DNA of 64,000 nucleotides from Parcubacteria bacterium GBS-2 (lineage in GTDB: Bacteria; Patescibacteriota; Minisyncoccia; Minisyncoccales; GBS-2): NCBI GenBank assembly GCA_001443025.1, contig LEKP01000001.1, forward strand, positions 56 to 64,055. The letters are read 5' to 3'. Positions 38,301 through 46,744 of this stretch are shown one piece after another. The translations under genes and the position numbers were made by a program. Below the pieces are notes generated by a model. The model saw nothing but the letters and a program-made list of their open reading frames with translations, was not told the origin of the DNA and searched no databases. Within the stretch, counting starts at the first letter, position 1. Every line of letters starts with the position of its first letter.

Positions 38301-38365
38301 TTTACAATGGGCAAGTGCTGGCGCGATAGCACCAGGGAGCGGAGCCCCAGGGGAGAGGGTGTTTG
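38301..38365 (-). ncRNA. Conserved tRNA-Gly 3' trailer element (copy 1)
   Basis: About 80 percent identical to 57475..57538 by hand alignment. Lies directly 3' of tRNA-Gly on the minus strand. Contains the hairpin CTGGTGC-TATC-GCGCCAG, which is pairable only in the minus-strand sense. Confidence 0.4.
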
Positions 38366-38436
38366 AGCGGGAGAGGGGAATCGAACCCCCGTACACGGCT
38401 TGGAAGGCCGTTGCATTACCACTATGCTACTCCCGC
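38366..38436 (-). tRNA. tRNA-Gly (anticodon UCC)
   Basis: Minus strand GCGGGAG..CTCCCGC plus U73. Anticodon stem ACGGC/GCCGT, loop CTTCCAA, T-loop TTCGATT. Confidence 0.9.
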
Positions 38437-38437
38437 T

Positions 38438-38508
38438 TCGGGGTGCTGGGAATTGAACCCAGTCCACATCCTCCCAAGGGATGCGTACTACCGTTATACT
38501 ACACCCCG
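38438..38508 (-). tRNA. tRNA-Pro (anticodon UGG)
   Basis: CGGGGTG..CACCCCG plus A73. Anticodon stem CATCC/GGATG, loop CTTGGGA, T-arm CTGGG-TTCAATT-CCCAG. 1-nt spacer to tRNA-Gly. Confidence 0.9.
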
Positions 38509-38514
38509 ATAAAA

Positions 38515-38574
38515 CCAGCAAACCAGAAAACCAGCCAGCCAAACGCCCAGCCAACCAGAAAACCAGCCAACTAA
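38515..38574 (-). repeat. Octamer array B (minus-strand CTGGTTTT sense), predicted 5' leader of the tRNA-Pro/Gly operon
   Basis: CCAG/CCAA on the plus strand at 38515, 38523, 38531, 38539, 38547, 38555, 38563, 38571 (8-bp phase). Ends 6 nt from the tRNA-Pro 5' end. Confidence 0.85.
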
Positions 38575-38577
38575 TTT

Positions 38578-38606
38578 TACTTATCATTTTCTTTTTTTTC
38601 AGTCAA
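38578..38606 (-). promoter_or_regulatory. Candidate promoter of the tRNA-Pro/Gly operon
   Basis: Minus strand TTGACT (38606-38601), 17 bp, TAAGTA (38583-38578). The predicted TSS would place the whole array B in the leader. The -10 is weak. Confidence 0.3.
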
Positions 38607-38621
38607 TTGTATAATTGAATA

Positions 38622-39560
38622 ATGAAGATTTTTGAACAACTAAACGTTCCAAAGCAATGCAAAAGATATGGACTTTCTCTTTGGCAATGCCCCTCTTTTT
38701 TATTTTTACTAATGGGAATAATTATTTGTCTAGTGTCAATAGTATCCTATCTTATTGGAACAAGATATATTGCAGAACCAAGGATTGTGGCATTAATAGT
38801 GTTAATAATCTCTATGATTTTATTAGCCCTTGCTACCATTATCACAAATTCTTTTGAAAGATTGGCCGAAGCAAACAGAATGAAATCAGAATTTATTAGT
38901 ATCGTTTCTCACCAGTTAAGAGCCCCTCTCTCAAATTTAACTTGGGTTATTGAGCTTTTAATGTCAGGAAGAGTAGGGAAAATTGAAGAAGAACAGGTGG
39001 AATATCTTAAAATTTTAAAAGAAAACTCAGACAGAATGAAAGATTTAGTCAAAGATCTTTTAATTGTTTCAAGAATTGAAAGCGCGAGACTTTCCCTCAG
39101 GAAAGAGGAATTTTCGCTAGAAGAGTTAACCAAAGAAATAATTAAAGAATTTGAACACTTTGCAAAAGCCTCAAATTGCCAAATTGAGTTTTCAGCTGAA
39201 AAAAATTTACCGAAAATTTTTGGTGATAGATACCAAATAAGGCAAGTGATTGAGAATTTATTAGATAATGCGATCCGGTATACTAAAGGGCGGGGAAAAG
39301 TAAAAATTAGGATAAAAAAAGAAAAAAAATTTATCCACTTTGAAATTGAAGATAATGGAATTGGAATTCCAAAGGAAGATCAAAAATTTATCTTCCAGAA
39401 ATTTTTCAGGGCTTCTAACGTTTTAAAATACAAAACTCAAGGAACTGGCCTTGGACTTTACATTGCAAAAGCAATAGTAGAAAGGTCGGGTGGCAAAATT
39501 GGCTTTAAAAGCCAAGAAGGAGCAGGATCTACCTTTTGGTTTAAACTCCCAATAAAATGA
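38622..39560 (+). CDS. Sensor histidine kinase (two TM segments, no obvious sensor domain)
   Basis: H-box FISIVSHQLRAPLS, N-box LLDNAIRYT, G1 IEDNGIGIP, G2 GTGLGLYIAK. TATAAT (38610-38615) lies 6 nt before the ATG. Confidence 0.9.
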   Translation: MKIFEQLNVPKQCKRYGLSLWQCPSFLFLLMGIIICLVSIVSYLIGTRYIAEPRIVALIVLIISMILLALATIITNSFERLAEANRMKSEFISIVSHQLRAPLSNLTWVIELLMSGRVGKIEEEQVEYLKILKENSDRMKDLVKDLLIVSRIESARLSLRKEEFSLEELTKEIIKEFEHFAKASNCQIEFSAEKNLPKIFGDRYQIRQVIENLLDNAIRYTKGRGKVKIRIKKEKKFIHFEIEDNGIGIPKEDQKFIFQKFFRASNVLKYKTQGTGLGLYIAKAIVERSGGKIGFKSQEGAGSTFWFKLPIK

Positions 39561-39925
39561 AAAAAATTTTATTCATAGAAGATGAATCTGCCTTACAAAA
39601 AACCTTCAGAGATATTTTAGAAAGGGAAGGCTATGAAATGATTTCAGCATTAGATGGAGAAAGTGGTTTAAGATTAGCAAAGACTCAAAAACCTGATTTA
39701 ATTTTGTTAGATTTAATACTGCCCAAAAAAGATGGGTTTGATGTGTTAAAGGAATTGAAAGAAAATGAAGCTACAAAAGAGATTCCGGTGATAGTTTTAA
39801 CAAACCTCGAAGAGATTGAATCTATAGAAAAAGCAATTGAGCTTGGAGCAACTACTTATTTAGTGAAAGCCCAATACACTTTAGAAGAAGTTATCCAAAA
39901 AGTAAAGAAAGCATTAGAAAAATAA
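39557..39925 (+). CDS. Stand-alone response-regulator receiver domain (CheY-like)
   Basis: 122 aa. FIEDE, phospho-acceptor context LILLDLILP, VIVLTN, KA. No output domain. Confidence 0.9.
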   Translation: MKKILFIEDESALQKTFRDILEREGYEMISALDGESGLRLAKTQKPDLILLDLILPKKDGFDVLKELKENEATKEIPVIVLTNLEEIESIEKAIELGATTYLVKAQYTLEEVIQKVKKALEK

Positions 39926-39926
39926 A

Positions 39927-41678
39927 ATGAAAGTAGAACCTCAGCAATTGAAAGCATTTATGATGGATGCGGGCCTAATTAGTGAAGAAAGGTTCGAAGA
40001 GTGTTTAAAAAAAGCTCAATCGAGGGGAATAAGGATCGAAGACATTTTGGTTTCAGAAGGAATAATCTCAGAGAACGATTTAAGAAAATTGGAGGCATAT
40101 ATTTTAGGAATTCCCTTTGTTGATTTAGAGAAAGAAACTATCGACCCTGAGGTTTTAAAAATTATTCCAGAGCCAGTTGCCAGAGCAAACAACATCGTTG
40201 CTTTTAGAAAAAAAGGGAATGATGTAGAAGTTGCGATGCTAGATCCTGAAGATCTGAGGGCGATTGAATTTTTAAAGAAGGCTTATCCAAATTTTAGAAT
40301 TTTGCCAAGATTGACCACACCAGAGTCGATAAAGCATGTTTTGAGACAATATCAGAAAACTTTGGAGGCAGAGTTTGGAGAGATAATTAAAAAAGAAGCA
40401 GGGGAAATAAAAACAATAAAGGAAGAAGAAAAAATTGAGGAAAAGGAAGAATTAGAAAAGATGGCAATGGAGCTTCCGATAATAAAGATTGTTGATACTT
40501 TGATAAAACATGCAATTTTGCAAAGGGCTTCTGACATCCACATTGAACCCATGGAGAAAGAAGTTTTAGTAAGATATCGCATCGATGGAATTTTGAGAGA
40601 TGCAATGACTTTACCAAAGATTGCAGCATCTGGGATCGTCGCAAGAATTAAAGTTCTTTCAAATTTAAGAATGGACGAACATAGACTTCCCCAAGATGGG
40701 AGATTCAAGGTAGAAACTCCAGAGTACAAATACTCAATCAGAGTTTCGGTTATGCCTGTGTTCGATGGAGAAAAAATTGTAATGAGGCTTTTACCAGAAA
40801 CTGCCCGAGGATTTACTCTAGAACAGCTTGGTTTTAGGGGGAAAGCTTTAGAAGATGTTCAGCTTAATTTAAGGAAGCCGGTTGGAATGATTTTGGTTTG
40901 CGGTCCCACAGGCTCTGGGAAAACCACTACTTTGTATTCAATGATTGAAATTTTAAATAATCCCGGTGTAAACATTTGTACAATTGAAGACCCAATAGAA
41001 TACAGAATGCCAAGAGTAAATCAAACTCAAGTAAACCCCAAAATTGGGTTAACTTTCGCTGCAGGACTAAGAGCTCTCCTTAGACAGGACCCTGATATCA
41101 TTATGGTTGGTGAAATTAGAGATAATGAAACTGCTTCTTTAGCAATTAATGCTGCTTTAACTGGTCATCTGGTTTTATCAACTTTACACACAAACTCTGC
41201 GGCTGGCGCAATTCCCAGATTGATTGATATGAAAGTTGAACCCTTCTTAATTGCTTCCACCTTAAATTTGATTATTGGACAGAGATTAGTTAGAAAAATT
41301 GCGGGAGAAAAGGAAAAATATTATTTAAAAGAAAGCGAATTAGACAACATCGCCAGATACTGTAATTTAGATAGAATTTTACAAATTTTAAGAGAAGAAA
41401 ATTTAATAAGACCTAATCAGCCTTTAACAAAAGTTCCTTTTTATCGCCCAAAACCTACCAAGGAATACCCGGATGGGTACAAAGGGAGAATTGGGATTTT
41501 TGAGGTTTTACCGGTTACTCAAACAATTAAGGAATTAATTGTTAAAGAGTCGAATATTGATGAGATTGAAGAACAAGCAAAAAAAGAAGGAATGAGAACA
41601 ATGGTTGAAGATGGATTTGTAAAAGCTGCTCTGGGAATAACTACCATCGAAGAAGTTTTAAGAGTAATTACTGAATAA
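39927..41678 (+). CDS. pilB: Type IV pilus assembly ATPase PilB/GspE family (copy 1, no tetracysteine motif)
   Basis: ASDIHIEP, RMDEHRLPQDGRF, Walker A GPTGSGKTTT, LRQDPDIIMVGEIRD, GHLVLSTLHTN. Confidence 0.9.
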   Translation: MKVEPQQLKAFMMDAGLISEERFEECLKKAQSRGIRIEDILVSEGIISENDLRKLEAYILGIPFVDLEKETIDPEVLKIIPEPVARANNIVAFRKKGNDVEVAMLDPEDLRAIEFLKKAYPNFRILPRLTTPESIKHVLRQYQKTLEAEFGEIIKKEAGEIKTIKEEEKIEEKEELEKMAMELPIIKIVDTLIKHAILQRASDIHIEPMEKEVLVRYRIDGILRDAMTLPKIAASGIVARIKVLSNLRMDEHRLPQDGRFKVETPEYKYSIRVSVMPVFDGEKIVMRLLPETARGFTLEQLGFRGKALEDVQLNLRKPVGMILVCGPTGSGKTTTLYSMIEILNNPGVNICTIEDPIEYRMPRVNQTQVNPKIGLTFAAGLRALLRQDPDIIMVGEIRDNETASLAINAALTGHLVLSTLHTNSAAGAIPRLIDMKVEPFLIASTLNLIIGQRLVRKIAGEKEKYYLKESELDNIARYCNLDRILQILREENLIRPNQPLTKVPFYRPKPTKEYPDGYKGRIGIFEVLPVTQTIKELIVKESNIDEIEEQAKKEGMRTMVEDGFVKAALGITTIEEVLRVITE

Positions 41679-43745
41679 TTAAACAAAATAGATTTTTCTT
41701 TTTCTAACTAAATTTTCTCTTAACTTCAAATATTTTCTTAAATTAGGATCTTCTTTCAGAATTTCTTTTGCATTTTCTCGTGCCAATTCAATTAAGCCCA
41801 AGTCGGTCAATTTTGCAACTTTTAGATCTAATTTACCAGTTTGTTTCTCTCCTAAAAGATCCCCAGGTCCTCTAATTTCCAAATCTTTTTCTGCAAGCTC
41901 AAAAGCATTATTTGAAGATAAAAGAGCTTCGATTCTTTGAGCTGATTTTTTAGTTGGCAAATGAGAAATCAAAAAACAAAAAGCTTTTTTTCCAGATCTT
42001 CCGATTCTTCCGATCAATTGATAAAGTTGAGCCAATCCAAACATTTCCGCATTCTGGATAACCAACACATTAACTTGAGGCAGATCAATTCCTTCTTCAA
42101 TTACATTAGTGGCGACCAAAATATCCAAAAATTTTTCTTCAAATTGCCTCATTACAATTTCTTTTTCTTTTGTACTCATTTTTCCATATAAAATTCCAAT
42201 TTTAAATTCAGGGAAAAATTTTTTGAGTAAAGAATGCTGTTCTTTCACAGTTTTTACTTCTGAAAAAAGCCTTCCTTTTTGGGAAAACTCAATTCGGGGG
42301 CAAACAAAGAAAACCTGCTCCCCTTCTTCTATTTTTTCTTTGATAAATTCCAAAACCATCTTTTCTTCTTTTGGTAAAACGACTTTAATTTCTATTTCTC
42401 TTTTTCCACAAGGCAATTCTTTGAGTAAAGAAATATCTAAATCTCCAAAAATTGTTAAGGCTAAAGTTCTAGGAATCGGTGTTGCGGTCATTGACAAAAA
42501 ATGAGGTAAAATTTTTTGTTTCTCCAAAAGTTTTCTTCTTTGTTCAACTCCAAATTTGTGTTGCTCATCAAAAATTAAAAGAGCTAATTTTTGAAATTCT
42601 ATCTTTTCTTCAAAAAGAGAATGTGTGCCGATTAAAATCTTAACCCCCCCTTCTTTAATTTTTTTAATCATTTCTTCTTTCTTGAGCTTCTTTCCAGCGA
42701 ATTCAGAATACCCCTTTGTTAAAATGCCGATTCTTTTTTCAAAAGGTTCTAACATTCGAAAAATTTTTCTATAATGCTGGGCCGCTAAAATTTCTGTGGG
42801 AGCAATCATTGCTGATTGATAATTATTTTTTGCGCAGTTCAAGGCTAAAATTGTTGCCACTAAAGTTTTTCCAGAGCCCACATCCCCTTGCAATAACCTA
42901 TTCATAGGAACACTTTTTTCCATCTCTTTTAGCATTCTCCAAGTTTCTTTTTTTTGAGATTCAGTTAATTCAAAAGGCAAAGACTTTATAAACTCCTTTA
43001 TCGCTTCAACTTGAATTTTTAAGGGATAAGCCCTTTTCTTTTTAACTTTTAATTTCTCCCTTAAAACTTCAATTTCTAGTAAAAAGAGTTCTTCAAAAGC
43101 AAACCTAAACCTCGAAATTTTAATATCCTCTTTTGTTTCTGGAAAATGGATTTTTAAGATTGCCTCTTTTAAGGGAACTAAATTTAGTTTTTTTAAAATT
43201 TTTTCTGGTAAAAATTCTCTTGCTCTCCAAATTTCATTTTTCAACACCAAAGAAATCTTCTCTCTTATCCATTTTGTAGTAATTCCCTTTGTTTCAGGAT
43301 AAATTGGAATGATTTTTCCGGTATGTAAAAGATTAAAGTGGGGAATTTTTGGGATTTTTTCAAAAACAGGGTGCTGTAAATAAAAATAACCCTTCTTTTG
43401 TACAATTTTTCCAGAAAAAGAGAAAAACTCTCCTTTTTTGAAAACGTTTTTTAGAAAGGGTTGGTTATAAAAAACCGCTTTAATTCTTGAAGAAGAGTCA
43501 GAAATTTCAATTTCAGTTAAAATTTTTCCTCCTCTCAAGAATAAATTTTTAATACTTTCTATCTTCCCTTGAATGGTTAATGGAATTCCAATCTCTGCCT
43601 CAGAAATTTTTGAAATTTTTGAAAAATCTTCATACTTATTAGGGAAGTAATAAAAACAATCCTCGATCGTCTCTATGCCCAATTTTTTTAATCTTGTAAT
43701 CTCTCTCTTTTTTAGATAATTCAAACTCTCAATTTTTTCTTCCAT
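41679..43745 (-). CDS. recG: ATP-dependent DNA helicase RecG
   Basis: LQGDVGSGKTLVA (Walker A), DEQHKFG, MTATPIPRTL, GRIGRSG. The stop abuts the pilB stop with zero spacing. Confidence 0.9.
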   Translation of the reverse strand: MEEKIESLNYLKKREITRLKKLGIETIEDCFYYFPNKYEDFSKISKISEAEIGIPLTIQGKIESIKNLFLRGGKILTEIEISDSSSRIKAVFYNQPFLKNVFKKGEFFSFSGKIVQKKGYFYLQHPVFEKIPKIPHFNLLHTGKIIPIYPETKGITTKWIREKISLVLKNEIWRAREFLPEKILKKLNLVPLKEAILKIHFPETKEDIKISRFRFAFEELFLLEIEVLREKLKVKKKRAYPLKIQVEAIKEFIKSLPFELTESQKKETWRMLKEMEKSVPMNRLLQGDVGSGKTLVATILALNCAKNNYQSAMIAPTEILAAQHYRKIFRMLEPFEKRIGILTKGYSEFAGKKLKKEEMIKKIKEGGVKILIGTHSLFEEKIEFQKLALLIFDEQHKFGVEQRRKLLEKQKILPHFLSMTATPIPRTLALTIFGDLDISLLKELPCGKREIEIKVVLPKEEKMVLEFIKEKIEEGEQVFFVCPRIEFSQKGRLFSEVKTVKEQHSLLKKFFPEFKIGILYGKMSTKEKEIVMRQFEEKFLDILVATNVIEEGIDLPQVNVLVIQNAEMFGLAQLYQLIGRIGRSGKKAFCFLISHLPTKKSAQRIEALLSSNNAFELAEKDLEIRGPGDLLGEKQTGKLDLKVAKLTDLGLIELARENAKEILKEDPNLRKYLKLRENLVRKRKIYFV

Positions 43746-43774
43746 ACTCTCAATTTTATGTTAAAATTTAAATA

Positions 43775-44986
43775 ATGCCAAAGTACTCTTTTTTAGCAAA
43801 ATCTTTGGAAGGAAAAACGGAGAAAGGAATTTTGGAAACAAAAGATGAATTTGAATTGGCAAAGATTTTAAGAGAAAAAGGGTTGATTTTAATTAAGGCA
43901 GAAAAAGAAAGAGAAAAGAAAAGGCTAAAAATTCCTCTTTTTTCTTTGGGGGTCCCCCTTTCTGAAAAAATGTTTTTTACAAGAAATTTAAGGGTAATGA
44001 TATCTGCTGGAGTTTCTTTACCGAGAGCAATTTTAAGTTTATCTGAACAAACGAAAAATAAAAAATTTAAAAATGCTCTACAGAAAATTGCAGAAAGGAT
44101 TGTCAAAGGGGAGAAATTTTCAGATGCTCTTTCTTATTTCCCTCAAATTTTTAATGAATTTTATCAAAACATGATCAAAGTTGCTGAAGAAACCGGGAAG
44201 TTAGAGGATGTTTTGGGAATTTTAGCAACCCAGATGGAAAGAGAGCATGAATTGAGATCAAAAATTAAAGGAGCAATGATTTATCCAGCAGTAATAGTTT
44301 GTGCCTTAATTGGGGTTGGTGTTTTAATGCTTGTAATGGTAGTTCCAAAATTGGCTGAAACTTTTAAAGAGTTAGGGGTAGAGTTGCCAATGACAACAAG
44401 AATTGTAATTTCTCTGGGAACTTTTTTAGAAAAAAACTTTTTAATTTTACTTATTTCTTTCATTGTTTTAATCTTCTTTTTCTTCCAATTTTTAAAAACG
44501 AAAGTTGGAAAAAGGATTTTTGATAAAATTTCCCTCTTTCTCCCAATTTTTTCTTCTTTGGTTAAAAAATCAAACTCAGCATCAACTGCCAGATCTTTGA
44601 GTTCTTTAATTTCTGCGGGAGTTTCTTTGCCAAGAGCTCTAGAAATTACCGCAAATACTTTAGGAAACGTTTTTTATAAAGAAGCATTATTAACTAGTGC
44701 AGAAGCAGTGAGAAAAGGAGGAAAATTGTCTGAAAGCTTAAAACCTTATCAAAAAATTTATCCACTGACTCTAATTTCGATGCTTGCGGTTGGAGAAGAA
44801 ACTGGAGAAACTTCGGAGGTTTTGGCAAAAATTGCTGATTTTTATGAAAGCGAAGTAACAGATGCAGCAAAAAACTTAACTTCTGTTATTGAACCAATTT
44901 TAATGTTGATTATTGGAGCTGCGGTTGGATTTTTTGCAATTTCGATGGTTCAACCAATGTATTCGATGCTTGGTGCGATTAAATGA
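43775..44986 (+). CDS. pilC: Type IV pilus platform protein PilC (GspF family)
   Basis: Two GspF repeats (MISAGVSLPRAI...; LISAGVSLPRALE), 3 TM segments, EPILMLIIGAAVG. Confidence 0.9.
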   Translation: MPKYSFLAKSLEGKTEKGILETKDEFELAKILREKGLILIKAEKEREKKRLKIPLFSLGVPLSEKMFFTRNLRVMISAGVSLPRAILSLSEQTKNKKFKNALQKIAERIVKGEKFSDALSYFPQIFNEFYQNMIKVAEETGKLEDVLGILATQMEREHELRSKIKGAMIYPAVIVCALIGVGVLMLVMVVPKLAETFKELGVELPMTTRIVISLGTFLEKNFLILLISFIVLIFFFFQFLKTKVGKRIFDKISLFLPIFSSLVKKSNSASTARSLSSLISAGVSLPRALEITANTLGNVFYKEALLTSAEAVRKGGKLSESLKPYQKIYPLTLISMLAVGEETGETSEVLAKIADFYESEVTDAAKNLTSVIEPILMLIIGAAVGFFAISMVQPMYSMLGAIK

Positions 44987-46743
44987 ATTTTCAATATCCA
45001 ACTTTCAATTTTAAAAAATCAAAGAGTTTTACCTTAACCGAAGTTTTAATTACTATTTTTTTAGTTTCGGTTATTTTTTTAGGAATTTTTGGTGCTTATC
45101 AACTTGGATTAAAAGTTGTTGGTTTGTCAGAAAGAAAAATCACAGCTACTCAAATTGCTCAAGGAGAAATTGAAAAAATCAAAAACATGCCTTATTTGGA
45201 TGTTGGAACGATCGGAGCCAAAGCTCCTTATGCTTCGGGAACTTTGGAAGCTTCAACCTCAACGATTTTAAACGGTATTGAATATAAAATTGAAAGAAAA
45301 GTGAGGTTAATTTCTGATGCTTCAGATGGTGATGAAGAATGTTTAATAGATTACAAGAGAGTTGAAATTAAAGTCTCTTTTTCTGGGATCTTAAAAGGAG
45401 AAGTGATTTTAACAGCAGACATTATGCCAAAAAGCAAAACCGAAGAAATAGCAATTTGTCAAACCCAACCTATTGGAATTATCTCTGTTCAAGTGTTAAA
45501 TGCTATTGGTCAATTCGTCAATTCCCCAACGATCGAAATTTACGATTCTCAAAAAAATTTGATAGGAATTTTTTCACCTTTTGAAGGAAAAGATGATATC
45601 CCTTTAGAACCTGGAAGTTACAAAGTAATCGTTTCAAAAGAGGGTTATTCGAGAGAAGAAACTTTTTCTATTGAAGAGATTGCCATTCCTGAAAAGCCAA
45701 ACCCAACAGTTTTTGAAAACCAAATCACCCAAATTTCCTTTAATATCGATAAACTCTCTTCAATGGAAATTAAAACCTTAAGTACTTACAGTCAAGGAAT
45801 TTTTTCAGATTCGTTTTTAGATGAAAGCAAAATTTCTCAAAAGGAAAATTTGATAGTTGAAGCAGGCCAGGTAAATTTGGCAACTAATACCGAAGGTTAT
45901 TTACCTTTTGGTTACCTTTTTTCAATCGAAATTTCACCTCAAAATTTGATTAAATGGGAAAGTTTTTCTTTTACTGATGAAGAGCCCCCAGATACTGATT
46001 TAAAATACCAAGTTTATTTTGCTTCAGGAACTGAGTGGTTTTTAATTCCAGATTCTGATTTACCAGGAAACTCACAAGGTCTTGAGCAAAGTCCTGTCGA
46101 TTTATCTAATCTTTCAACTACTACCTATTCTTCTTTAAAACTAAAAGCCAACTTTTCAACGAATTCAACCTCTCAAACTCCAATTCTTTATGATTGGCAA
46201 GTTTCTTGGCAAAGTTCAAATCCAGTTCCCATTCCAGAGGTTAGCTTTAATTTAAAAGGGGAGAAAATTTTGGGAAAAGATGCTGAGGAGAATTTAATCT
46301 ATAAATACTCAACAACTACCCAAACCAATCCTCAAGGCCAAATTCAAATTTCAAACTTGGAATGGGATACTTATTACTTTTCAGATTTTCAAAAAGATTC
46401 TCAGAGCTTAGAATTGATAAATTCTTCTCTTGAACTTCCAGTTTCTTTACCTCCAGATACTAACTTGAACTTAGATCTTTATCTTGAAAGCCAAAATTCC
46501 CTTTTGATTTCAGTTTACGATTCAGAAACCCTAAATCCAATTTCTTTTGCAACCGCTACTCTATCGAGTGTAAATTTTGAAAAAATTGAAATTACCAATT
46601 TAAACGGGCAGGCAATTTTTATTCCTTTGGATTCAAAAAATTATAATCTTTCAATAGAAGCTCAAGGATATTATTCGACCTCAACTACCCTCTTTGTCTC
46701 TGGAAAAACAACCAAAATTATAAAATTGGAACCAAGAGACTAA
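44983..46743 (+). CDS. Giant pilin-like protein with beta-sandwich (CarboxypepD_reg-like) repeats
   Basis: N-terminal class III signal-like KSKSFTLTEVLITIFLVSVIFLGIFGAY (FTLxE plus hydrophobic helix). Later GSYKVIVSKEGYSREE and NYNLSIEAQGYYSTS repeats. Confidence 0.7.
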   Translation: MNFQYPTFNFKKSKSFTLTEVLITIFLVSVIFLGIFGAYQLGLKVVGLSERKITATQIAQGEIEKIKNMPYLDVGTIGAKAPYASGTLEASTSTILNGIEYKIERKVRLISDASDGDEECLIDYKRVEIKVSFSGILKGEVILTADIMPKSKTEEIAICQTQPIGIISVQVLNAIGQFVNSPTIEIYDSQKNLIGIFSPFEGKDDIPLEPGSYKVIVSKEGYSREETFSIEEIAIPEKPNPTVFENQITQISFNIDKLSSMEIKTLSTYSQGIFSDSFLDESKISQKENLIVEAGQVNLATNTEGYLPFGYLFSIEISPQNLIKWESFSFTDEEPPDTDLKYQVYFASGTEWFLIPDSDLPGNSQGLEQSPVDLSNLSTTTYSSLKLKANFSTNSTSQTPILYDWQVSWQSSNPVPIPEVSFNLKGEKILGKDAEENLIYKYSTTTQTNPQGQIQISNLEWDTYYFSDFQKDSQSLELINSSLELPVSLPPDTNLNLDLYLESQNSLLISVYDSETLNPISFATATLSSVNFEKIEITNLNGQAIFIPLDSKNYNLSIEAQGYYSTSTTLFVSGKTTKIIKLEPRD

Positions 46744-46744
46744 A

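Noticed and set aside
38275-38587. ORFs 38275..38574 (+) and 38288..38587 (-), and similarly 51603..51890, 57373..57747, 57573..57779, 57858..58112, 54233..54427, 56592..56801 and 56785..57114
   Set aside because: They run through tRNA genes and the octamer arrays, giving translations such as PANQKTSQPNAQPTRKPAN. They are open only because these segments are GC-richer and lack stop codons. There is no start context and no protein-like composition.
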